A stretch of 64,000 bases of DNA from an uncultured delta proteobacterium (GTDB lineage Bacteria; Myxococcota; Kuafuiibacteriia; Kuafuiibacteriales; Kuafuiibacteriaceae), in assembly GCA_963803435.1 (NCBI GenBank), contig CAWDML010000003.1, positions 768,001-832,000 of the forward strand. Reading direction: 5' to 3'. The notes below the pieces were generated by a model. The model did no database searches and was not told where the DNA came from. It was given only the letters and a program-made list of their open reading frames with translations. Each line of letters opens with the position of its first letter. Within the stretch, counting starts at the first letter, position 1. The position numbers were made by a program, and so were the translations under genes. Below, one piece after another: positions 11,757 to 20,344 of this stretch.

Positions 11757-11765
11757 CTCCGCCGA

Positions 11766-12437
11766 TCACGCCCCTTCGTTCAGCAACACATGCAATCGCA
11801 GCGGGCCGTGCGCGCCTTTGACGAGGCGCTCGATGTCGCCCGAGAACGAGACACTCGACACGAAGTTCACGGTTCGGGGGACCCTCCCTGCACCGTACGT
11901 CTTGCGTAACCTTTCCCAGACGTCCTCCATCGTTCCCACGATGTCGGACCGATCGAGGACCACCAGGTGGGTGTCCGGCGTGAAGTTCAGCGTGGGCGGT
12001 GTCTCCGGCGATGAAACGAAGACCAGAGAGCCGGTCTCCGCCACGGCGCAGAAGGCCGGAGTGAGGCTCGTCCGATCCTCGATCCGCCCCGGTCCGTACT
12101 CGACGGTGATTCCGGCCTCCTCCCAGGGAAGCGCACGCAGGCGCGGGCTGGGAGACGCCTTCAGGCTCAGCGCGAGGCCCTGTCCACTGAGATACTCGAC
12201 GATCGCGCCGGTGATCTCGCGATCGGAGGCGATCCGGGCCAGCGTCATCATCTGGTTCACGGCCATGCTGGCGAAGAGCTCCACCTGCTCGTCGTGCGGT
12301 ATCCGAGCTCGGGTGGGGATCAGGTTGGGTTGCGGATGCTGAATCCGCTGCTCGACGCGCTGCGGGCTTCGCTCCGGGGATGGGCTCCGCGTGAGCGAGG
12401 CGCGGATGCGGCTCAGGATCTCTTCCCGATCACTCAT
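11766..12437 (-). CDS. lutC: Lactate utilization protein C (LUD domain)
   Basis: MSDREEILSRIR start, AVAETGSLV, GAHGPLRLHV; ATGA overlap with lutB. Confidence 0.88.
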   Translation of the reverse strand: MSDREEILSRIRASLTRSPSPERSPQRVEQRIQHPQPNLIPTRARIPHDEQVELFASMAVNQMMTLARIASDREITGAIVEYLSGQGLALSLKASPSPRLRALPWEEAGITVEYGPGRIEDRTSLTPAFCAVAETGSLVFVSSPETPPTLNFTPDTHLVVLDRSDIVGTMEDVWERLRKTYGAGRVPRTVNFVSSVSFSGDIERLVKGAHGPLRLHVLLNEGA

Positions 12438-13849
12438 GAAGGTCGCTTGCTCCAGGCGTCCATGAACGTCTTTCCCTGCGGCGCCGGAAACTCGCGTACT
12501 TCCGTCCAGCCCACCGCGAGGGGGAGCTTCGAGAAGTGACCTTTTCTCCGGCCGAGCGCGCCGAGGACGCCCATGGTCAACCGAGCGGCCGCTCGGTACA
12601 GGGCCGGGTGCTTGGCGAAGTAAGCCCACACCTGGAGGCCGAAGCGCTCCGAGGCGGGCGGGACCTTCTCTTCGAACGCCCGCACCCTCCAGTGGTGCAT
12701 GATCGCCGGGAGCGGAATACGCACCGGGCAGACCTCCTCGCAGCGGCCACAGAACGAGGAGGCGTTCGGGAGATGGTAGCTCTGCTCGATCCCGAGCAGC
12801 GCCGGCGTCAGCGCGGCGCCGATCGGGCCTGGATAGACCCAACCGTAGGCCTGTCCGCCGATGACCTGGTACACGGGACAGTGGTTCAGGCACGCACCGC
12901 AGCGGATACAGCGGAGGGCCGCCTCGCTCTCGGTCCCGAGCATGTCGCTCCGGTTGCCGTCGTACAGAACGACGTGAAACTGCTCGGGCCCATCCGCGTC
13001 CTCGGGCCGCCGGGGCCCCGTGGAGAACGTCGTGTACGACGTCATCTCTTGTCCAGTCGCGGAGCGGCCGAGGACCCGGAGCAGTGTGCCGGCGTCGTCC
13101 AGGGTGGGGACCACCTTCTCGATGCTGGCGACGACGATGTGCGCTCGCGGGAACATCTGCGTGAGGTCCCCGTTGCCCTCGTTGGTCACGATTACGGTTG
13201 AACCGGTCTCGGCGATCAGGAAATTGGCGCCCGTGATTCCGACCTCGGCCTGGAAGTATTTCTCACGCAGGATCTCGCGGACCCGAGCGACCATCTGCTC
13301 CGGTTGCTCGAGCCGCTCCGTCTTCCCGTACTTGCGATGTTGATCGTAGAAGAGATCGGAGACGTCCTTCGCGTTCTTGTGGATGGCCGGTCCTACGATG
13401 TGACTGGGAGGCTCATGGGCGATCTGGATGATGTGTTCGCCGACGTCGGTCTCCACCGGCTCGATGCCGTTCTGCTCGAGGAAGTCGTTCAAGCCCAGCT
13501 CCTCGACGATCATCGACTTCCCCTTGGTCACCGACTTCGCGTCGGCACGGCGACAGATCTGGAGCACGGTCTCGCGAGCTCGATCCGCGGTGCTGCACCA
13601 GTGGACGTGGCCGCCACTCTCGAGCACCTTGGCTTCGAACTTCTCCAGATAGTGATCGAGGTTCGCCAGGACGTGATCGCGGATCTGGGCCGCCTGATCT
13701 CGCAGCGCTTCGAACTCCGGGAGGCGTTCGAGCGCCTGCGTGCGCCGCGTCGACAGATACGCCGTGGCCCGGAGGATCGCCTTCTGCGCTGACGGGTTCT
13801 CTCGACTCTTTTCGACGTTGTCGTTGAATCGATCGGTGACTGGTTGCAT
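12434..13849 (-). CDS. lutB: L-lactate oxidation Fe-S protein LutB/LldF
   Basis: KGKSM, ETDVGE, PSHIVGPAIH, TNEGN, CIRCGACLNHCP, CGRCEEVCP. Confidence 0.95.
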   Translation of the reverse strand: MQPVTDRFNDNVEKSRENPSAQKAILRATAYLSTRRTQALERLPEFEALRDQAAQIRDHVLANLDHYLEKFEAKVLESGGHVHWCSTADRARETVLQICRRADAKSVTKGKSMIVEELGLNDFLEQNGIEPVETDVGEHIIQIAHEPPSHIVGPAIHKNAKDVSDLFYDQHRKYGKTERLEQPEQMVARVREILREKYFQAEVGITGANFLIAETGSTVIVTNEGNGDLTQMFPRAHIVVASIEKVVPTLDDAGTLLRVLGRSATGQEMTSYTTFSTGPRRPEDADGPEQFHVVLYDGNRSDMLGTESEAALRCIRCGACLNHCPVYQVIGGQAYGWVYPGPIGAALTPALLGIEQSYHLPNASSFCGRCEEVCPVRIPLPAIMHHWRVRAFEEKVPPASERFGLQVWAYFAKHPALYRAAARLTMGVLGALGRRKGHFSKLPLAVGWTEVREFPAPQGKTFMDAWSKRPS

Positions 13850-13859
13850 CAGCGCCTCG

Positions 13860-14636
13860 TCAACGGGAACCCCGGCCAATCGCCGGGTCGTCGAGCATCC
13901 CAGCGAGCACCTCGGCGACGTGCCTCACTTCGATGTCGGACCCTTCTCGGGCGAGCCGTCCCGCGATGTTCATCAGGCATCCCATGTCGGTGGAGCAGAG
14001 CAGCTCCGCGTTCGTGTTGCGCACTTCGGCGGCTTTTCGCGACACCATCTCCATCGAGATATAGGGATACTTCACACAGAAAGTACCTCCGAACCCACAG
14101 CAAGCATCAGAGTTCGGGAGCTCTCGAAACTCGGCCTCGCTCAAGGCGCGGAGGAGCCGCCGCGGTTGCTCTTGGATACCGAGCTCACGGAGGGCGCTGC
14201 AGCCGTCGTGGTAGGTGATGGGGCCCCGAAAGGCGGCGCTGGTCGTATCGACGTGCATGACGTCGGTCAAAAACGACACCAGTTCGTGGGTTCGATGGGC
14301 GAGATCCTGGGCTTCGACCTTCAGGGCGGGATCGTCCGCGAACAGCTTCGGGTACTCAAACTTGAGCATACATGTGCAGCTGCCCGACGGCGCGACCACG
14401 AAGTCGAAGCTCCGGAAGGCCTCGAGCACCCCGATCGCGATGGCCCTCGCCGAGGATGTGTCGCCCGAGTTGTACGCGGGCTGACCGCAGCACGTCTGGG
14501 CGGACGGAACGGTGACGGTGCAACCGGCCTTGCGCAGGAGATCGACGGTGGCGAAGCCGACGACCGGGCGGAAGAGATCGACGATGCAAGTAACGAAGAG
14601 ACCGACGTTGGGCGCATCCGCGCCAGTGCTGTTCAT
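13860..14636 (-). CDS. lutA: Fe-S oxidoreductase LutA (CCG domains)
   Basis: LFVTC, QTCCGQP, SGSC, YHDGC, CCGFGG, DMGCL. Confidence 0.93.
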   Translation of the reverse strand: MNSTGADAPNVGLFVTCIVDLFRPVVGFATVDLLRKAGCTVTVPSAQTCCGQPAYNSGDTSSARAIAIGVLEAFRSFDFVVAPSGSCTCMLKFEYPKLFADDPALKVEAQDLAHRTHELVSFLTDVMHVDTTSAAFRGPITYHDGCSALRELGIQEQPRRLLRALSEAEFRELPNSDACCGFGGTFCVKYPYISMEMVSRKAAEVRNTNAELLCSTDMGCLMNIAGRLAREGSDIEVRHVAEVLAGMLDDPAIGRGSR

Positions 14637-14771
14637 TCCAGTCATTCGCGTGTGCGGCGTCGTCTTATAACGCGATCGGGTCTGCGCAAGCAATGGCAGC
14701 TTCTCAGACTTGCTCTCACCTCTCGTCATCTTGACAGCCCACAGGGCGAGCGAAACGATGAACACGCAACG

Positions 14772-16475
14772 ATGAACACGTATGACGTCTGCATCTGTGG
14801 TGGTGGGCTCGCCGGTCTCACGCTCGCTCGTCAGCTTCGTTTGAGAAACCGTGATCTCTCGATCATCGTGCTCGACAAGTATGCGCAGCCGAGACCGGAG
14901 GCCGCGTTCAAGGTCGGTGAGTCGACGGTCGTCGCAGGCGCGGCGTACCTCCAAAACGTCCTCCAGCTGAAGGACTACCTGCGGGGCCGCCAGCTCGAGA
15001 AGCTCGGCCTGCGGTACTTCTTTGGCGACTCGCGGGGGCCGCTGAGCGAACGGCCGGAGCTCGGGAAGGCTTCCTTCAGCGCGAACCTCGTCGAATGGCA
15101 GCTGGATCGCGGGCGGCTCGAGAATGACCTCTTCCAGATGAACGTCGACGACGGAGTGGAGATCGTCCCGGGCGTCCACGTCGAGAACATCGAGATCTCA
15201 AAGGGCGACGTCCATCGAGCCTTCATCCGGAGCGTCGGCGGCGACGAGGTCCGAGAGGTGGCGGCGCGGTGGATGATCGATGCGATGGGTCGGCGCCGGT
15301 ATCTGCAGAAGAAGCTCGATCTCAACGCCAAGATCGACTCGGACTGTAGCGCCTCATGGTGGCGCTACGAGGGGCGGATCGACGTCAGCGACCTGGTCCC
15401 CGCATCCGACGCACAGTGGCACGATCGCGTACCCGGCAAAATGCGGTACTACTCGACCAATCACCTCATGGGAGATGGCTACTGGGTCTGGTTGATCCCG
15501 CTCTCGGGAGGCACCGATTCGGGCTCGACGAGCATCGGGATCGTGGCGTCCGAGTCGATCCACCCCCTGTCGGAGTTCAACACCTATGAACGCGCGATGG
15601 GATGGGTGAGGGAGCACGAGCCGATCCTGTTCGAGCGGATCAAAGACCTGACGCCCATGGACTTCATCACGTTGCGGCGCTACAGCCTCTCCTCCAAGCA
15701 GGTCGTCTCCAGCGATCGCTGGGCGTGTACCGGTGAAGCCGGTTGCTTCATCGACCCCTTCTATTCACCGGGCACCAACGCCATCGGATACATGAATAGC
15801 CTCATCTGCGAGATCATCCGGCTCGATCGTGAGGGGAGCCCGCGCTACACCGAGGCGCTCTGCAAGCAGCTCTCGGACGAGTACATCGAGTGGGCCAAGA
15901 TCCAGACGTGGCAGATTCAGACACCCTACCGCTTCTACGGGCACAACCTGATCGCGCCGTGTAAGATCATATGGACGTTGCTCGGTGGTCTGGCGATGCG
16001 GGTGCCGCACTACTTCAAGATGCTCTTCAACGAGGGCTTCCTGGACCTCCACGATTCGACCGCGCTCCCGAAGGACATGGTGGCGCTCGACCAGCAGATG
16101 TTTCGCTTTCTGCTCGAGTGGAAGGAGAGGTCGAAGGACAACCACAAGGCCACGTTCGATTGGATCGACTACGCAAAGATCTCAGCGTTCAAGGAGCTCG
16201 CGCAGTCGGCCACCCAACCGGAGGATGGCCCGCACCGCATGTGGAGGGAGAGCAAGCCAGTCCTGGAAAAGATGGCCCACGCGATCTTCTTGATCGCGCT
16301 CGAAGACGTGCTGCCGGACGAGTTCCGGCGGATGCAAAAGCCGATGTGGTTGAATTGCAGAGCGATGAGCCTCGACCCTGGCCGGTGGGACCAGGACGGA
16401 CTATTCCGTCCTGACTCACCCCCGATGGATTGGACTGCGACTTATCAGGAGATGCGCAGCTTCGTACGTTTTTGA
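14772..16475 (+). CDS. Flavin-dependent halogenase-like enzyme (xanthomonadin/aryl-polyene halogenase type)
   Basis: GGGLAG FAD motif, AAFKVGEST, EKLGLRYFF (candidate catalytic Lys), QLDRG, WVWLIP (WxWxIP), FIDPFYSPG. The listed ORF start at 13740 is spurious. Confidence 0.82.
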   Translation: MNTYDVCICGGGLAGLTLARQLRLRNRDLSIIVLDKYAQPRPEAAFKVGESTVVAGAAYLQNVLQLKDYLRGRQLEKLGLRYFFGDSRGPLSERPELGKASFSANLVEWQLDRGRLENDLFQMNVDDGVEIVPGVHVENIEISKGDVHRAFIRSVGGDEVREVAARWMIDAMGRRRYLQKKLDLNAKIDSDCSASWWRYEGRIDVSDLVPASDAQWHDRVPGKMRYYSTNHLMGDGYWVWLIPLSGGTDSGSTSIGIVASESIHPLSEFNTYERAMGWVREHEPILFERIKDLTPMDFITLRRYSLSSKQVVSSDRWACTGEAGCFIDPFYSPGTNAIGYMNSLICEIIRLDREGSPRYTEALCKQLSDEYIEWAKIQTWQIQTPYRFYGHNLIAPCKIIWTLLGGLAMRVPHYFKMLFNEGFLDLHDSTALPKDMVALDQQMFRFLLEWKERSKDNHKATFDWIDYAKISAFKELAQSATQPEDGPHRMWRESKPVLEKMAHAIFLIALEDVLPDEFRRMQKPMWLNCRAMSLDPGRWDQDGLFRPDSPPMDWTATYQEMRSFVRF

Positions 16476-16646
16476 GCGCATCCGCACCTGAAGTTACTTG
16501 AGATGTACGTACTTAGGAATTAAGCGCAATTTGTCATAGTATCCGGATTAGGTGTCACTTTGGCGGCAACATCACCGGGCCCGAGGGAAATCGTCCAGAA
16601 TACGGATCACTGACCTCCTCCCGGCTCCAGAGTCCAGCGTTGGCGC

Positions 16647-16663
16647 TTGGTTCTAAAATTGCT
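16647..16663 (+). promoter_or_regulatory. Putative sigma54 -24/-12 promoter
   Basis: TTGG-TTCTAAAA-TTGCT gives exact GG-N10-GC spacing in an AT-rich intergenic region about 30 nt before the start. Confidence 0.55.
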
Positions 16664-16694
16664 CAATAAGTTTCCAATCTGGAAGGAGGCCCCA

Positions 16695-17298
16695 GTGAAT
16701 AAGGTACATCTCGCGATTGGAATCTCTTCTATCTTTCTCTATGTCGGCTGTGGAGGCGCGCCCGAGACGGAGAGCACCGAGTCCGCGGTTCATCCCGCGA
16801 CGACGTGCCACGACGTTTCGGCCGAGTTCACGAACGACACCTACAGTTGTGCTTCGCTCTGCACCGCGGGTGGTCAGAGCTCGGACGGCAGCATCCATGG
16901 GCAGGAGGGTCGCTTCTTCGACGGCACGAACGACTTCGTCCTGGCGGGCACGGCCGCGAGCGCAGGCATGCCGGGGATTCGAGCCGCCCGAGCAGCTGTC
17001 GCACTCGGGGACCCGCGTCCTGACGGTCGACGGTGGGACCATCACTCTGCACGTGACCGGCGTGTTCGACACGCAGGCCACCTCGAACCTCGACTTTGCC
17101 GAGCTGTCTCGTGTCACCGGCGGCACGGGCATCTTCTCGGGCGCCAGCGGCGTCATCTGGGCCTATGGAATGGGCGTCGCCCACCCGGACGGTTCGATGA
17201 CCTTCAACGGGCACATGAAGGGTCGGGTCTGTGGCGTCGCCGAGCACCACGGAAACGGAAATCCGCACGGCCCCGGCTGTAACCAGCACGCGCACTAG
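16695..17298 (+). CDS. Lipoprotein with dirigent/allene-oxide-cyclase-like beta-barrel (paralogue 1); extra G in the G-run near 16975
   Basis: GGAGG RBS, lipobox YVGC, VTGGTGIFSGASG motif. Removing one G restores collinearity with paralogue 2 (MPGFEPPEQLSHSGT vs MPGLEPQAQLSHSGT). Confidence 0.7.
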
Positions 17299-17449
17299 CC
17301 CGGCAGTTCACCCGGTGAATGGGCCACCCGCGGGCCGCTAGGGTTGGAATTACGTAAGAGCATCCGTTCGTCCGGAAGATCGACCACTTCCTCGACTCCT
17401 GACACCTTCATGCCCTCGGCGCGCCCCTCGGCAGCGCGCTCCTCCGATG

Positions 17450-17465
17450 TGGGCCCCGGCTTGCA
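17450..17465 (+). promoter_or_regulatory. Putative sigma54 -24/-12 promoter
   Basis: TGG-GCCCCGGC-TTGCA, GG-N10-GC spacing, 26 nt before the TTG start. Confidence 0.5.
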
Positions 17466-17491
17466 AGCCACGTCGGCCCGGAGGACTCACC

Positions 17492-18040
17492 TTGCGTATT
17501 TTCAATCTCATCCCCGTTGCCCTCGTGGCGCTCACTTTCGCCTGCAGCCCCGAGGCCGATCAGGCGAGCTCCACCGATGCGATCCACGGTGGCGGTGGCC
17601 CTCACTGTAGGGATGTAGGCGCACGTTTCGTCAATACAACCTACAGCACGAACTGTAACGGCTATGCGGGTCTCTGCACGGCAGGGATGCAAGTCCATGA
17701 GGCGGGCTTCCAGTCGTTTCTCGATGGAACCAACGACTTCGTGCTCGCCGGGCTCGCTGAGTCCGCCGGAATGCCGGGTCTCGAGCCCCAGGCTCAGCTC
17801 TCTCACTCGGGCACGCGGGTCCTGAGCACGAACCACGGAACGCTGACCCTGCACATTACCGGTGTGTTCGACACGCAGCCGACCTCCAACCTGGACTTCG
17901 CAGAGCTCTCCCGCGTGACCAGCGGTACCGGTGACTTTGCCGGTACCAGCGGCCTCATCTGGTCCTTCGGGAACGGCACCGTGAACGCCAACGGTTCGCA
18001 GACGTTCCGCGGCACGATGCGCGGGACCGTCTGCCAGTAG
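17492..18040 (+). CDS. Lipoprotein with dirigent/AOC-like beta-barrel (paralogue 2)
   Basis: GGAGG RBS, lipobox TFAC, VTSGTGDFAGTSG; shares DGTNDFVLAG and SNLDFAELSRVT with paralogue 1. Confidence 0.75.
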   Translation: MRIFNLIPVALVALTFACSPEADQASSTDAIHGGGGPHCRDVGARFVNTTYSTNCNGYAGLCTAGMQVHEAGFQSFLDGTNDFVLAGLAESAGMPGLEPQAQLSHSGTRVLSTNHGTLTLHITGVFDTQPTSNLDFAELSRVTSGTGDFAGTSGLIWSFGNGTVNANGSQTFRGTMRGTVCQ

Positions 18041-18075
18041 CGCAGGCCGGCTCCAGACCACCCCGCGGGCGCTAG

Positions 18076-18552
18076 GAGCGTGTAGCGCGTAGCGCTACCG
18101 CGAGCCCGGTCCGGGTCCCGGTCCCGATGGCGATCATGCAGCCCGGCGTGCGTTCATCGGCTTGATGAGGCGCGTGAGCATCTCGACAACGCGCTTGAGC
18201 TTGGCTCTGGCGGCTTGGACCTCCGCGAGGTTCACGACGATCAACGAGTTTCGGCTCGTCCACCTGGAGGCACTGAAAGCGCTCTTCCTCGAAGTCCTGA
18301 AGCTTCGTCGAACCGGCGCTCGGACAGATCAAAAGCGGCACGAGGATTCCGCCGGTTCTCGCTACGCTCCTTCTTCAAGGTACGAGCCGAGTGGACGCTC
18401 GTCTGCCTCACCCACAACCTGCTCAAGCTCTACCGATCGAAGCTCGCGACCGTCGCGAGCGTCTGACTCAAGGCAGCCATCTTCAGATCGGGACCCGGAC
18501 CGGGACCGGGACCCGGACCGGGGTCGCGTGAGCGCTTACGCGCTACACGCTC
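18076..18552 (+). mobile_element. Internally deleted IS1182-family element (MITE-like), 477 bp
   Basis: Terminal inverted repeats beginning GAGCGTGTAGCGCGTA, about 50 bp including CC(C/G)GGT hexamers; CTAG on both flanks (18072-75, 18553-56); transposase fragments TINEFRLVHLEALKALFLEVLKL and VEPALGQIK..ARGFRRFSLR...EWTLVCLTHNLLKL. Confidence 0.85.
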
Positions 18553-19743
18553 CTAGGCGCCTTCCTCGTCCTTGATCCACGCCAAGATCTGCTCCTCGGT
18601 CACCGGTTGCTGCTTCCGCTCTGCGTGGCTCTTCAGCCGCGCCAGCACGGTCTTGCGCGCCGAGTCGGACAACTTGAGGCCCGCCTGCTTGGCGAGATAC
18701 AGGAGGCCCTGAGCGCCCGAGTGCTTGCCGAACACGATCTCGTGCTGGCGACCGATCATGTCGGGCGGGAACGCCTGGTAGGTCTCTGGGTTTGCCAGGA
18801 TACCCGCCACGTGTATCCCGGACTCATGCGTGAAGCACCATCGTCCGGTGATGGCCTTGTGCTCGCTCGGGCGGGTACCCGACGCCTTGTGGACCAGGTC
18901 GCAGAGCGCATGGAGCTTGTCGAGCTTCAGCCCCAGGTCTCGGCCGTACTTCACCTTCAACGCAACGACGAGCTCCTCGAGGCACGTGTTCCCTGAGCGC
19001 TCTCCGGCGCCGTTGAGGGTGACCTGCGCCATCTCGGCGCCTGCCTCGAGCGCGGAGAGAGTATTGGCGTTGGCGAGGCCGAGATCATTGTGAAAGTGTG
19101 ATCCCAGCGGCGTCTTTAGGAGTGACTTCAAGATAGTCATGATCCGATAGGTGCTCGTCGGTGTGAGTACACCCGCCGTGTCGGCGACCACGAGATAGTC
19201 AGCGCCGGCTTCCTCGGCGACCTGATAGAACTTCAACAAGCGCGTCAGCGGCGTCCGCGAGCCATCCTCCACCGCGAACGATGCGAGCACGCCGCGCTCC
19301 TTACACCGTCGCACGGAGGCTTCGATCTTCTCGATCGCATCGGCCTCGGTCCAGCGGAGCTTGTCGCGCAGATGGGTGTCGGAGCCGCCCGCGAACAGCG
19401 CGATCATGGCGACGCCCGACTCAGCGGTCTGATCGATGTCCGCGTCTGCGAGCCGGCAGAGCGCGGCGGTCTTCATCTTGAGACCGGCCTTGGTGATCCG
19501 ATGGACCGACTCGAACTCCTCCTTGGAAGCTGCCGGGAAGCCGACGTTCGCCCAGGGCACGCCGAACTCGTCCATGGCGCGGGCGATCTCCAGCTTCTCG
19601 TCGGCCGTGAACACTACGCCGGGAGGCTGTTCGCCCTCCCTGAGGGTATTGTCATAGAGCATGATCGGCCCGGTGATGGGCGACTGGAACTGTCCCGTGA
19701 GGACGTTGGCCGTCGATTCGGTCGGCCGGCGCGAGAGTTTCAT
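18553..19743 (-). CDS. Homocitrate synthase / LeuA-family DRE-TIM acyltransferase lacking the C-terminal regulatory domain
   Basis: DNTLREGEQ, HFHNDLGLA, GERSGN, HESGIH, GKHSG; 396 aa. Confidence 0.88.
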   Translation of the reverse strand: MKLSRRPTESTANVLTGQFQSPITGPIMLYDNTLREGEQPPGVVFTADEKLEIARAMDEFGVPWANVGFPAASKEEFESVHRITKAGLKMKTAALCRLADADIDQTAESGVAMIALFAGGSDTHLRDKLRWTEADAIEKIEASVRRCKERGVLASFAVEDGSRTPLTRLLKFYQVAEEAGADYLVVADTAGVLTPTSTYRIMTILKSLLKTPLGSHFHNDLGLANANTLSALEAGAEMAQVTLNGAGERSGNTCLEELVVALKVKYGRDLGLKLDKLHALCDLVHKASGTRPSEHKAITGRWCFTHESGIHVAGILANPETYQAFPPDMIGRQHEIVFGKHSGAQGLLYLAKQAGLKLSDSARKTVLARLKSHAERKQQPVTEEQILAWIKDEEGA

Positions 19744-19780
19744 GCCGCGATGGTATGTCGCGCCTCGGGAGCGAGCAACG

Positions 19781-20344
19781 TCAGGCGCTGTGGGGAGCGC
19801 GACCGTCCGGTGGCCACTCGTCGAGACCGCGATCGAGCGGGATCGCGAGCGCTCGTTGAAGCCCGGCGATCATTCGCCAGTGCGCGACCGCGGCAATCAG
19901 CTCGATGCACTGGACCGGATCGGAGAGGCTGGCGCCGAGCCGCGTCCAGGTGCCGTCGGAGAGCGTGTCCGTCGCACACAGCTCGTCAACCGCAGACAGC
20001 ACCGCCTGCTCCGCTTCTCCGTACGCAGATCCGTCCCAATCGCGGACGCCTGCCAGCTCCGCCTCGGGGATGCCGAGCCTCTGCGAGAGCTTCCAGTGCT
20101 GCGCCCACACATAGGCGGAGCGACACTGCCATGCGACCCGGAGCACGGCGAGCTCCCGCAGCCGAACGTCGAGCGCGGTCTCATCGAGCAGAGCCTTCAG
20201 CAGGCCGCCGAAGGCGCGCGCCAGTCGGGGCTGATGGAGAAATGCGCGATAGAGGTTCAGGGACGCATAGCGGACCGGGATGTCCATCTCGAGGCTACGG
20301 CGCTCGGCCTCCTCGATCTCGAGAAGAGGAACGCGCGAGGTCAT
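19781..20344 (-). CDS. Carboxymuconolactone decarboxylase (CMD/AhpD-like) family protein
   Basis: LRELAVLRVA..CRSAYVWAQH motif. Confidence 0.85.
   Translation of the reverse strand: MTSRVPLLEIEEAERRSLEMDIPVRYASLNLYRAFLHQPRLARAFGGLLKALLDETALDVRLRELAVLRVAWQCRSAYVWAQHWKLSQRLGIPEAELAGVRDWDGSAYGEAEQAVLSAVDELCATDTLSDGTWTRLGASLSDPVQCIELIAAVAHWRMIAGLQRALAIPLDRGLDEWPPDGRAPHSA

Noticed and set aside
13740-14771. 911-aa ORF suggesting a long N-terminal extension of the halogenase
   Set aside because: The extension is antisense to lutA/lutB; the FAD motif starts right after ATG 14772
18100-18525. CC(C/G)GGT hexamer arrays as CRISPR or VNTR
   Set aside because: No spacers or cas genes; they belong to the element's inverted repeats
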